Shown: positions 13,801 through 28,298 of the stretch, in pieces
Layout of the letters: every line of letters begins with the position of its first letter
How positions within the stretch are numbered: position 1 is the first letter of the stretch
NCBI RefSeq assembly: GCF_009914755.1
Contig: NC_060940.1
Reading direction: 5' to 3' (one strand)
Length of the DNA: 64,000 bases
Origin: the human T2T-CHM13v2.0 reference genome, Homo sapiens
Position numbers and translations under genes: made by a program
Notes under the pieces: model-generated
The model's database searches: none
What the model saw: only the letters and a program-made list of their open reading frames with translations
Told to the model about the DNA's origin: nothing

Positions 13801-15909
13801 GAGTACATCCAATGATTCCATTCGAGTCCATTTGATGATTCCATTTGATTCCATTTGATAATGATTCTACTAGAGTCCATTCAATGACTCCATTCGAGTC
13901 CATTCAACAATTCCATTCGACTCCATTTGATGATTCCATTCGATTCCATTTGATGATTCCATTCGAGTCCATTTAATCATTACAGTCGAGTCCATTTGGT
14001 GATTCCACCGGATTTCTTTTGATAATGATACCATTCAATTACATTTGATGATGATCCCATTCAATTTCATTTGATGGTGATTCCATTAGAGTCCATTCGA
14101 TGATTTCATTCGAGTCCCTTCATTGATTCCATCCGATTTCATTGGATGATGACTCCATTCGAGTCCATTCGATGATTCCACTCGATTCCATTAGATGATT
14201 CCATTGGAGTCCATTTGATTGTTCCATTCGATTCCATTCGATTCCTTTCGAAGATTATTCCATTTGAGTCCATTCGATGATGATTCCATTCCATTCCATT
14301 CGATGATTCCGTTTGATTCCATTCGATGATTCCCTTCGATTCCTTTCTTTGATGATTCCATTCCATTCCATTCAATGATTCCATTCGAATCTATTCCATG
14401 ATGATTCCTTTCGATTCCATTCGCTGATGTTTCCGTTCAATTCCATTCGATGATGATTCCATTCGATTCCATTCATTGAGGATTCCATTTGATTCCATTA
14501 AATGATGATTCCGTTCTATTCCATTCAATGATTGCATTCAATTCCATTCAATGATTATCCCCTTAGAGTAAACTCAACGATTCCATTCAATACCATTCGA
14601 TGATGATTCCTTTTGAGTCCATTCAATGATTTCATTCAAGTCCATTTGATGATTCCTTTCAATTCCATTCTATGATGATTCCATTCGAGTCCATTCGATG
14701 ATTCCATTCGATTGCATTCGATGATTCCATTGTATTCCATTCAATGATGATTCCATTCGAGTCCATTCGATGTTTCCACTAGAGTACATATATTGGTTGC
14801 TTTGTTTTCAATTCGAAGATGATTACATTGGATTCCATTCTATGATACCATTCGATTCCATTCAATGATGATTCCACTAAAATCCATTGGATGATTCCAT
14901 TCGTGTCCATTCGGTGATTTCATTAGATTCCATTCGAGGATGATTCCATTCGATTCCATTCGATGATTCCATTCAATTCCATTCGATGATGATTCCATTC
15001 CAGTCCATATGATCATTCCATTTGATTTCATTCGATGATGATTCCATTCGATTCCATTCGATGATTCCATTCTATTCCATTCGATGATGATTCTATTCGA
15101 GTCCATTCGATGATTCCATTCGAGTCCATTTAATGATTCCATTGGGTTCAATTCAATGATGATTACATTGGATTCCGTTCTATGATTCCATTCAGTTCCG
15201 TTCATTGACAATTTGATTCCATTCGATGATGATTCCATTTGAGTTCATTCGATGATTCTATTCGATTCTCTTCGATGGTGATTCAATTCTATTATATTGG
15301 ATGATTCCATTCGATTCCATTTGATGTTGATTCAATTCGATTCTATTCGATGATGATTCCATTGGATTTCACTTGATGATTCTATTCGATTCCATTCAAT
15401 GATGATTCACTTCTCGTCCATTGGATGATTCCATTTCATTCCATTCGATGATGATTCCATTCGATTCCATTCGATGATTCCATTTGATTCCATGCGACGG
15501 TGAGCAATTCGATTCAATTCCATGATGATTCTATTTGATTCAATTAGATGATGTTTCCATTCGAATCCATTCCATGATTATTCCATTGGAATCCATTTGG
15601 CGATGATTCCATATGAGTCAATTCCATGATGATTCCATATGGGTCCGTTCGATGATAATTCCATTTGATTTCATTCGATGCTTCTATTCTATTCCAGTCG
15701 TTGATGATTCCGTTGGAGTCCATACGATGATTCCATTTGATTTCATTTGATGATGATTCCATTCGATGACGATTACATTGGATTCCATTCTATGATTCCA
15801 TTCAATTCCATTCGTTGATGATTCGATTCCATTCAATGATGATTCCATTTGAGTTCATTCGATGATTCTATTCGATTCCGTTCGATGGTGATTCAATTCT
15901 CTTATATTG
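7864..15909 (+). repeat. C+B unit lengthened to 8046 bp by an internal 1934 bp duplication
   Basis: ORF pairs 9424/11358, 9560/11494 and 9927/11861 are all 1934 apart. Junction at ~11313-11323. 8046-1934 = 6112. Confidence 0.9.
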
Positions 15910-18900
15910 GATGATTCCACTCGATTCCATTTGATGATTATTCCATTGGAGTCCACTTAGTGAATCCTTTAGATTCTACTCGAAGATGATTCCATTCGAG
16001 TCCATTCAATGATACCATTCAATTTCATTCGTTGATGCTTCCATTCAAGTGCATTCGATGATATCATTCGATTCCATTTGATGATAATTCCATTTGATTC
16101 CATGCGATGATTCTATTCGATTCCATTCAATGATAATTCCATTCAATTCAGTGATTCCTCTGGACTCCATTTGATGATGATTCCATTCAATGATTCCATT
16201 CGATTCTATTCCAAAATGATTCCATTTGAATCCATTTGATGATGATTCCATTAGATTCCATTTGATGATTCCATTCGATTGCATTTCACGATGATTCCAT
16301 TCGATTCCATTTGATGATTCCATTCTATTCTATTCGATGATGATTCCATTCGATTCCATTTGATGATGATTGGATTCGATTCCATTTGATGATTTCATTT
16401 GATTCCATTCGTTAATGATTTCGATCAACTCCATTCGATGATTCCATTTGATTCCATTCGATAATGATTACATCCGAGTCCATTCGATGATTCCATTTGA
16501 GCCCGTTCGATAATTCCATTTGAGTCCAATCAATGATTCCATTCATTTCCATTCAATGATTCCATTCGAGTCCATTTGATCATTCTGGTAGGGTCCGTTC
16601 GATGTTGATTCCATTGGAGTGCATTCGATGATTCCATTCGAGTCCATTTTATGATTTGATTCGAGTCCTTTCGATGATTCCATTCGATTCCACTCGATGA
16701 TGATTTCATTCGAGTCCATTCGACACTTCCAATCGATTCCATTTGATGTTTCCATTCGAGTCCAATTGATGATTCCATTCAATTCCATTCGATGATGATT
16801 CCGTACGATTCCATTCTGTGATGATTCCATGTGATTGCATTCCATGATGATTCCTTTCGATTGCATTCGATTATGATTCATTTCGTGTTCATTCTATGGT
16901 TCCACAGGTTTCCATTCGATGACGTTTCCGTTCGTGTCCATTCCATTATTCCATTCTATTTCATTTGATGATGATTCCATTCGATTCCATTCATTGGTGA
17001 TTCCACTCAATTCCATTCAATGATTCCATTCCATTTCTTTCAACAATGATTCCATTAGTTTCTATTCGATGATCCACTTGATTCCATTTGGCGATGATTC
17101 CATTCGTGTCCATTCGATGATTCCATTTGATTCCATATGATGATGATTCCATTCGATTCCATACCATGATGATTCCATTCGGGTCCATTCAATGGTGATT
17201 CCATTCAATTCCATTCGATGATTCCTTCCGATTCCATTCGATGATGATGGCATTCGATTCCTTTCAATCATTCCCTTTGATTCCATTCAAAGGTGATTTC
17301 ATTCAAGTCCATTCGATAATTGCATTCGATTCCATTCTATGATGATTCCATTCGAGTCCATTTGATGATTCCATTCAATTCAAGTCAATGATGATTCCAT
17401 TCAATTCCACTCGATGATTCCATTGGATTCCATTCGATGATGATTCCATTCAAATCCATTCGATAATTCAATTCAAGTCCATTCGATGATGATTCCAATC
17501 GAATCCATTCAAAGATTCCATTCAATTCCATTCGATGATGATTCCCTTAGATTCCATTCGATGATTCCACTTGATTCCATTTACGATGATTCCATTCGAT
17601 TCCATGTGATGAATCCATTCAATTCTATTCAATGATGTTTCCATTTGATTCCATTGGACCATGATTGCCTTTGATTCCATTCAATGATTCCATTCGGTTC
17701 CATTTGATGATGATTCCGTTCGATTCCATTTCATTATTCCATTTGATTCCATTGGATGAGTCCATTCGATTACATTCGATGATTATTCCATTCGAGTGCA
17801 TTAGATGATTGCATTCGAGTCCATTCGATGATTCCATTCGATTCCATTCGATGTTGATTCTGTTCAAATCCATTCGATGATTCCACTCAATTCCAATCGA
17901 TGACTCCATTTGATCCCATTCGATGATTTCCTGTGATTCCCTTTGATGATCATTCTATTTGATTCAATTCGGTGATTTCATTTCATTCCATTCAGTGATG
18001 TTTCCATTCGACTGTATTCGATGATGATTCCATTCGACTCCATTCGATTATGATTTCATTCAATTCCATTCAATAATGATTCCCTTCGAGTCCATTCGAT
18101 GATTCCATTCGATTCCATTCAACGATGATTTGATTCGTTTCCATTCGATGATTCCATTTGATTCCACTTGATGATGATTCCATTCGAGTCCATTTGATGA
18201 TTCCATTCGAGTCTATTTATGTATTATATTCGTGTCCACTTCATGATTCCATTCAATTCCATTTAATGTTGATTCCATTTGATTCCATTTGATGATTCAG
18301 TTCGATTCCTTGCAATGATTCCCTACGATTCCTTTCTCTGATGATTCCATTCGATTCCATTCATTGATGATTTCATTCGACTCCATTCGATGATGATTCC
18401 TTTCGATTCCATTTGACGATGTTTCCATTCGAGTCCATTCGATGATGATTCTATTCAATTCTGTTCTATTATGATTCCATTCGATTTCATTCAATGCTTC
18501 TATTTGATTCCATTCGATGATGATTCCATCTCTTTCCCTTCGATGATTCCATTTGATTCCATTCAGTGATGATTCCATTTGATTCCATCTGATGATGATT
18601 TCACTTGATTCCTTTCAATGATGATTCAATTCAAGTCCATTCTATGATTCCATTGGAGTCCAAACGATCATTCCGTTCGATTCCATTCAATGGTGATTCC
18701 ATTCATGTCCATTCGATGAATCCATTCAATTCCATTCGATGATGACTCCATTCGAGTACATTCGATGATTCCATTTGATTCCATTTGAAGATGATTCCAT
18801 TCAATTCCATTCGAAGATGATTCCATTCAATTCCATTCGATGATGATTCCGTATGAATCCATTCTCTGATTATTCCATTCGATTCCATTCATTGACGATT

Positions 18901-21900
18901 CCATTCAATTCCATTCAATGATGATTCTCTTCTCTTCCATTCGATGATTCCGGTCGATTCCATTCGATGATGATTCCATTAGATTCCATTCGATTGTTGC
19001 ATTCGATTCCCTTCGATGATGATTCCTTTGAATTCCATTCGATTATCATTCCGTATGAATCCATTTGATGATTATTCCATTGGATTCCTTTCGATGATGA
19101 TTCCATTCGATTCCATTTGATGATGTTTCTCTTGTATTCCATTGGATAATTCCTTTCAGTTCCCTTCGATGATTATTCTTTCGAGTCAATTCGATGATTC
19201 TATTCCATTCCCTTCGATGATGATTCCATTTCACTCCATTTGATGATTCCATTCGACTCAATTTGGTGATGATTCAATTCGATGACATTCGATGACTCCA
19301 TTCAATTTCATTTGATGATGATTACATTCGAGTCCATTTGATGATTGTATTCCTTTCCTTTTGATGATTATTCCATTCGTGTCTATTCAAAGATTCCATT
19401 CTATTCCATTCAATGATGATTGCATTTGATTCCATTCAATGATTATGGCTATCGATTCCACTCGTTGATTCCATTTGATTCCGTTCGATGATTATTCCGT
19501 TAGATTCCATTAGAAGATTCCATTCGATTTTATTCAATGATTCCAATGGATTCCATTCAATGATGATTCCATTCGACTCCATTCAGTGATTCCATTCGAG
19601 TCCATTTGATGATTCCATTCTTTTCCATTTGATGATGATTCCATTAGGGTCCATTCAATGATTCCATTCGAGTCCATTCGTTAATGCCTTTCGAGTCCTT
19701 TTGATCACTACATTCGAGTCCATTCAATGATTCTATTCGATTCCATTCCATGATGATTCCATTCGAGTTCATTCGATGATTGCATTCGAGTCCATTTGAT
19801 GATTCCATATGATTCCCTTCGACAATGATTCCATTCGTGTCCATTTGATGATTCCATTCATTTCCTATCGATGAAGATTCCATTCAAGTGTATTCGATGA
19901 TTCCATTCAAATCCATTCGATGATGATTCCATTCCAGTCCATTCGATCATTCCACTTGATTCCATTTGATGACTATTCCATTCAAATCCATTTGATGATT
20001 CCATTCGATTCCATTCGATGTTACCATTCGAGTATATACGATGATTCCACTCGATTCCATTTGATGATTATTCCATTGGAGTCCACTTAGTGAATCCTTT
20101 AGATTCTACTCGAAGATGATTCCATTCGAGTCCATTCGATGATACCATTCAATTCCATTCGTTGATGCTTCCATTCAAGTGCATTCGATGATATCATTCG
20201 ATTCCATTTGATGATAATTCCATTTGATTCCATGCGATGATTCTATTCGATTCCATTCAATGATAATTCCATTCAATTCAGTGATTCCTCTGGACTCCAT
20301 TTGATGATGATTCCATTCAATGATTCCATTCGATTCTATTCGAAAATGATTCCATTTGAATCCATTTGATGATGATTCCATTGGATTCCATTTGATGATT
20401 CCATTCGATTCCATTCGATGATGATTCCATTCGATTCCTTTTGATGATTCCATTCTATTGTATTCGATGATGATTCCATTCGATTCCATTCGATGATGAT
20501 TGGATTCGATTCCATTTGATGATTTCATTTGATTCCATTCGATAATGATTTCGATCAATTCCATTCGATGATTCCATTCGATTCCATTCGATAATGATTA
20601 CATCCGAGTCCATTCGATGATTCCATTTGAGCCCGTTCGATAATTCCATTTGAGTCCAATCAATGATTCCATTCATTTCCATTCAATGATTCCATTCGAG
20701 TCCATTTGATCATTCCGGTAGGGTCCGTTCGATGTTGATTCCATTGGAGTGCATTCGATGATTCCATTCGAGTCCATTTTATGATTTGATTCGAGTCCTT
20801 TCGATGATTCCATTCGATTCCACTCGATGATGATTTCATTCGAGTCCATTCGACACTTCCAATCGATTCCATTTGATGTTTCCATTCGAGTCCAATTGAT
20901 GATTCCATTCAATTCCATTCGATGATGATTCCGTACGATTCCATTCTGTGATGATTCCATGTGATTGCATTCCATGATGATTCCTTTCGATTGCATTCGA
21001 TTATGATTCATTTCGTGTTCATTCTATGGTTCCACAGGTTTCCATTCGATGACGTTTCCGTTCGTGTCCATTCCATTATTCCATTCTATTTCATTTGATG
21101 ATGATTCCATTCGATTCCATTCATTGGTGATTCCACTCAATTCCATTCAATGATTCCATTCCATTTCTTTCAACAATGATTCCATTAGTTTCTATTCGAT
21201 GATCCACTTGATTCCATTTGGCGATGATTCCATTCGTGTCCATTCGATGATTCCATTTGATTCCATATGATGATGATTCCATTCGATTCCATACCATGAT
21301 GATTCCATTCGGGTCCATTCAATGGTGATTCCATTCAATTCCATTCGATGATTCCTTCCGATTCCATTCGATGATGATGGCATTCGATTCCTTTCAATCA
21401 TTCCCTTTGATTCCATTCAAAGGTGATTTCATTCAAGTCCATTCGATAATTGCATTCGATTCCATTCTATGATGATTCCATTCGAGTCCATTTGATGATT
21501 CCATTCAATTCAAGTCAATGATGATTCCATTCAATTCCACTCGATGATTCCATTGGATTCCATTTGATGATGATTCCATTCAAATCCATTCGATAATTCA
21601 ATTCAAGTCCATTCGATGATGATTCCAATCGAATCCATTCAAAGATTCCATTCAATTCCATTCGATGATGATTCCCTTAGATTCCATTCGATGATTCCAC
21701 TTGATTCCATTTACGATGATTCCATTCGATTCCATGTGATGAATCCATTCAATTCTATTCAATGATGTTTCCATTTGATTCCATTGGACCATGATTGCCT
21801 TTGATTCCATTCAATGATTCCATTCGGTTCCATTTGATGATGATTCCGTTCGATTCCATTTCATTATTCCATTTGATTCCATTGGATGAGTCCATTCGAT

Positions 21901-24900
21901 TACATTCGATGATTATTCCATTCGAGTGCATTAGATGATTGCATTCGAGTCCATTCGATGATTCCATTCGATTCCATTCGATGTTGATTCTGTTCAAATC
22001 CATTCGATGATTCCACTCGATTCCAATCGATGACTCCATTTGATCCCATTCGATGATTTCCTGTGATTCCCTTTGATGATCATTCTATTTGATTCAATTC
22101 GGTGATTTCATTTCATTCCATTCAGTGATGTTTCCATTCGACTGTATTCGATGATGATTCCATTCGACTCCATTTGATTATGATTTCATTCAATTCCATT
22201 CAATAATGATTCCCTTCGAGTCCATTCGATGATTCCATTCGATTCCATTCAACGATGATTTGATTCGTTTCCATTCGATGATTCCATTTGATTCCACTTG
22301 ATGATGATTCCATTCGAGTCCATTTGATGATTCCATTCGAGTCTATTTATGTATTATATTCGTGTCCACTTCATGATTCCATTCAATTCCATTTAATGTT
22401 GATTCCATTTGATTCCATTTGATGATTCAGTTCGATTCCTTGCAATGATTCCCTACGATTCCTTTCTCTGATGATTCCATTCGATTCCATTCATTGATGA
22501 TTTCATTCGACTCCATTCGATGATGATTCCTTTCGATTCCATTTGACGATGTTTCCATTCGAGTCCATTCGATGATGATTCTATTCAATTCTGTTCTATT
22601 ATGATTCCATTCGATTTCATTCAATGCTTCTATTTGATTCCATTCGATGATGATTCCATCTCTTTCCCTTCGATGATTCCATTTGATTCCATTCAGTGAT
22701 GATTCCATTTGATTCCATCTGATGATGATTTCACTTGATTCCTTTCAATGATGATTCAATTCAAGTCCATTCTATGATTCCATTGGAGTCCAAACGATCA
22801 TTCCGTTCGATTCCATTCAATGGTGATTCCATTCATGTCCATTCGATGAATCTATTCAATTCCATTCGATGATGACTCCATTCGAGTACATTCGATGATT
22901 CCATTTGATTCCATTTGAAGATGATTCCATTCAATTCCATTCGAAGATGATTCCATTCAATTCCATTCGATGATGATTCCGTATGAATCCATTCTCTGAT
23001 TATTCCATTCGATTCCATTCATTGACGATTCCATTCAATTCCATTCAATGATGATTCTCTTCTATTCCATTCGATGATTCCGGTCGATTCCATTCGATGA
23101 TGATTCCATTAGATTCCATTCGATTGTTGCATTCGATTCCCTTCGATGATGATTCCTTTGAATTCCATTCGATTATCATTCCGTATGAATCCATTTGATG
23201 ATTATTCCATTGGATTCCTTTCGATGATGATTCCATTCGATTCCATTTGATGATGTTTCTCTTGTATTCCATTGGATAATTCCTTTCAGTTCCCTTCGAT
23301 GATTATTCTTTCGAGTCAATTCGATGATTCTATTCCATTCCCTTCGATGATGATTCCATTTCACTCCATTTGATGATTCCATTCGACTCAATTTGGTGAT
23401 GATTCAATTCGATGACATTCGATGACTCCATTCAATTTCATTTGATGATGATTACATTCGAGTCCATTTGATGATTGTATTCCTTTCCTTTTGATGATTA
23501 TTCCATTCGTGTCTATTCAAAGATTCCATTCTATTCCATTCAATGATGATTGCATTTGATTCCATTCAATGATTATGGCTATCGATTCCACTCGTTGATT
23601 CCATTTGATTCCGTTCGATGATTATTCCGTTAGATTCCATTAGAAGATTCCATTCGATTTTATTCAATGATTCCAATGGATTCCATTCAATGATGATTCC
23701 ATTCGACTCCATTCAGTGATTCCATTCGAGTCCATTTGATGATTCCATTCTTTTCCATTTGATGATGATTCCATTAGGGTCCATTCAATGATTCCATTCG
23801 AGTCCATTCGTTAATGCCTTTCGAGTCCTTTTGATCACTACATTCGAGTCCATTCAATGATTCTATTCGATTCCATTCCATGATGATTCCATTCGAGTTC
23901 ATTCGATGATTGCATTCGAGTCCATTTGATGATTCCATATGATTCCCTTCGACAATGATTCCATTCGTGTCCATTTGATGATTCCATTCATTTCCTATCG
24001 ATGAAGATTCCATTCAAGTGTATTCGATGATTCCATTCAAATCCATTCGATGATGATTCCATTCCAGTCCATTCGATCATTCCACTTGATTCCATTTGAT
24101 GACTATTCCATTCAAATCCATTTGATGATTCCATTCGATTCCATTCGATGTTACCATTCGAGTATATACGATGATTCCACTCGATTCCATTTGATGATTA
24201 TTCCATTGGAGTCCACTTAGTGAATCCTTTAGATTCTACTGGAAGATGATTCCATTCGAGTCCATTCGATGATACCATTCAATTCCATTCGTTGATGCTT
24301 CCATTCAAGTGCATTCGATGATATCATTCGATTCCATTTGATGATAATTCCATTTGATTCCATGCGATGATTCTATTCGATTCCATTCAATGATAATTCC
24401 ATTCAATTCAGTGATTCCTCTGGACTCCATTTGATGATGATTCCATTCAATGATTCCATTCGATTCTATTCGAAAATGATTCCATTTGAATCCATTTGAT
24501 GATGATTCCATTGGATTCCATTTGATGATTCCATTCGATTCCATTCGATGATGATTCCATTCGATTCCTTTTGATGATTCCATTCTATTGTATTCGATGA
24601 TGATTCCATTCGATTCCATTCGATGATGATTGGATTCGATTCCATTTGATGATTTCATTTGATTCCATTCGATAATGATTTCGATCAATTCCATTCGATG
24701 ATTCCATTCGATTCCATTCGATAATGATTACATCCGAGTCCATTCGATGATTCCATTTGAGCCCGTTCGATAATTCCATTTGAGTCCAATCAATGATTCC
24801 ATTCATTTCCATTCAATGATTCCATTCGAGTCCATTTGATCATTCCGGTAGGGTCCGTTCGATGTTGATTCCATTGGAGTGCATTCGATGATTCCATTCG

Positions 24901-27900
24901 AGTCCATTTTATGATTTGATTCGAGTCCTTTCGATGATTCCATTCGATTCCACTCGATGATGATTTCATTCGAGTCCATTCGACACTTCCAATCGATTCC
25001 ATTTGATGTTTCCATTCGAGTCCAATTGATGATTCCATTCAATTCCATTCGATGATGATTCCGTACGATTCCATTCTGTGATGATTCCATGTGATTGCAT
25101 TCCATGATGATTCCTTTCGATTGCATTCGATTATGATTCATTTCGTGTTCATTCTATGGTTCCACAGGTTTCCATTCGATGACGTTTCCGTTCGTGTCCA
25201 TTCCATTATTCCATTCTATTTCATTTGATGATGATTCCATTCGATTCCATTCATTGGTGATTCCACTCAATTCCATTCAATGATTCCATTCCATTTCTTT
25301 CAACAATGATTCCATTAGTTTCTATTCGATGATCCACTTGATTCCATTTGGCGATGATTCCATTCGTGTCCATTCGATGATTCCATTTGATTCCATATGA
25401 TGATGATTCCATTCGATTCCATACCATGATGATTCCATTCGGGTCCATTCAATGGTGATTCCATTCAATTCCATTCGATGATTCCTTCCGATTCCATTCG
25501 ATGATGATGGCATTCGATTCCTTTCAATCATTCCCTTTGATTCCATTCAAAGGTGATTTCATTCAAGTCCATTCGATAATTGCATTCGATTCCATTCTAT
25601 GATGATTCCATTCGAGTCCATTTGATGATTCCATTCAATTCAAGTCAATGATGATTCCATTCAATTCCACTCGATGATTCCATTGGATTCCATTCGATGA
25701 TGATTCCATTCAAATCCATTCGATAATTCAATTCAAGTCCATTCGATGATGATTCCAATCGAATCCATTCAAAGATTCCATTCAATTCCATTCGATGATG
25801 ATTCCCTTAGATTCCATTCGATGATTCCACTTGATTCCATTTACGATGATTCCATTCGATTCCATGTGATGAATCCATTCAATTCTATTCAATGATGTTT
25901 CCATTTGATTCCATTGGACATGATTGCCTTTGATTCCATTCAATGATTCCATTCGGTTCCATTTGATGATGATTCCGTTCGATTCCATTTCATTATTCCA
26001 TTTGATTCCATTGGATGAGTCCATTCGATTACATTTGATGATTATTCCATTCGAGTGCATTAGATGATTGCATTCGAGTCCATTCGATGATTCCATTCGA
26101 TTCCATTCGATGTTGATTCTGTTCAAATCCATTCGATGATTCCACTCAATTCCAATCGATGACTCCATTTGATCCCATTCGATGATTTCCTGTGATTCCC
26201 TTTGATGATCATTCTATTTGATTCAATTCGGTGATTTCATTTCATTCCATTCAGTGATGTTTCCATTCGACTGTATTCGATGATGATTCCATTCGACTCC
26301 ATTCGATTATGATTTCATTCAATTCCATTCAATAATGATTCCCTTCGAGTCCATTCGATGATTCCATTCGATTCCATTCAACGATGATTTGATTCGTTTC
26401 CATTCGATGATTCCATTTGATTCCACTTGATGATGATTCCATTCGAGTCCATTTGATGATTCCATTCGAGTCTATTTATGTATTATATTCGTGTCCACTT
26501 CATGATTCCATTCAATTCCATTTAATGTTGATTCCATTTGATTCCATTTGATGATTCAGTTCGATTCCTTGCAATGATTCCCTACGATTCCTTTCTCTGA
26601 TGATTCCATTCGATTCCATTCATTGATGATTTCATTCGACTCCATTCGATGATGATTCCTTTCGATTCCATTTGACGATGTTTCCATTCGAGTCCATTCG
26701 ATGATGATTCTATTCAATTCTGTTCTATTATGATTCCATTCGATTTCATTCAATGCTTCTATTTGATTCCATTCGATGATGATTCCATCTCTTTCCCTTC
26801 GATGATTCCATTTGATTCCATTCAGTGATGATTCCATTTGATTCCATCTGATGATGATTTCACTTGATTCCTTTCAATGATGATTCAATTCAAGTCCATT
26901 CTATGATTCCATTGGAGTCCAAACGATCATTCCGTTCGATTCCATTCAATGGTGATTCCATTCATGTCCATTCGATGAATCCATTCAATTCCATTCGATG
27001 ATGACTCCATTCGAGTACATTCGATGATTCCATTTGATTCCATTTGAAGATGATTCCATTCAATTCCATTCGAAGATGATTCCATTCAATTCCATTCGAT
27101 GATGATTCCGTATGAATCCATTCTCTGATTATTCCATTCGATTCCATTCATTGACGATTCCATTCAATTCCATTCAATGATGATTCTCTTCTATTCCATT
27201 CGATGATTCCGGTCGATTCCATTCGATGATGATTCCATTAGATTCCATTCGATTGTTGCATTCGATTCCCTTCGATGATGATTCCTTTGAATTCCATTCG
27301 ATTATCATTCCGTATGAATCCATTTGATGATTATTCCATTGGATTCCTTTCGATGATGATTCCATTCGATTCCATTTGATGATGTTTCTCTTGTATTCCA
27401 TTGGATAATTCCTTTCAGTTCCCTTCGATGATTATTCTTTCGAGTCAATTCGATGATTCTATTCCATTCCCTTCGATGATGATTCCATTTCACTCCATTT
27501 GATGATTCCATTCGACTCAATTTGGTGATGATTCAATTCGATGACATTCGATGACTCCATTCAATTTCATTTGATGATGATTACATTCGAGTCCATTTGA
27601 TGATTGTATTCCTTTCCTTTTGATGATTATTCCATTCGTGTCTATTCAAAGATTCCATTCTATTCCATTCAATGATGATTGCATTTGATTCCATTCAATG
27701 ATTATGGCTATCGATTCCACTCGTTGATTCCATTTGATTCCGTTCGATGATTATTCCGTTAGATTCCATTAGAAGATTCCATTCGATTTTATTCAATGAT
27801 TCCAATGGATTCCATTCAATGATGATTCCATTCGACTCCATTCAGTGATTCCATTCGAGTCCATTTGATGATTCCATTCTTTTCCATTTGATGATGATTC

Positions 27901-28298
27901 CATTAGGGTCCATTCAATGATTCCATTCGAGTCCATTCGTTAATGCCTTTCGAGTCCTTTTGATCACTACATTCGAGTCCATTCAATGATTCTATTCGAT
28001 TCCATTCCATGATGATTCCATTCGAGTTCATTCGATGATTGCATTCGAGTCCATTTGATGATTCCATATGATTCCCTTCGACAATGATTCCATTCGTGTC
28101 CATTTGATGATTCCATTCATTTCCTATCGATGAAGATTCCATTCAAGTGTATTCGATGATTCCATTCAAATCCATTCGATGATGATTCCATTCCAGTCCA
28201 TTCGATCATTCCACTTGATTCCATTTGATGACTATTCCATTCAAATCCATTTGATGATTCCATTCGATTCCATTCGATGTTACCATTCGAGTATATAC
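15910..28298 (+). repeat. Three near-identical tandem C+A units of 4130/4130/4129 bp
   Basis: ORF starts 18297, 22427, 26556 and 16543, 20673, 24803. Only scattered single-base differences were seen from ~16.6 kb onward; a 1 bp deletion at ~25919 (GGACATG vs GGACCATG) explains the 4129. Confidence 0.95.
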
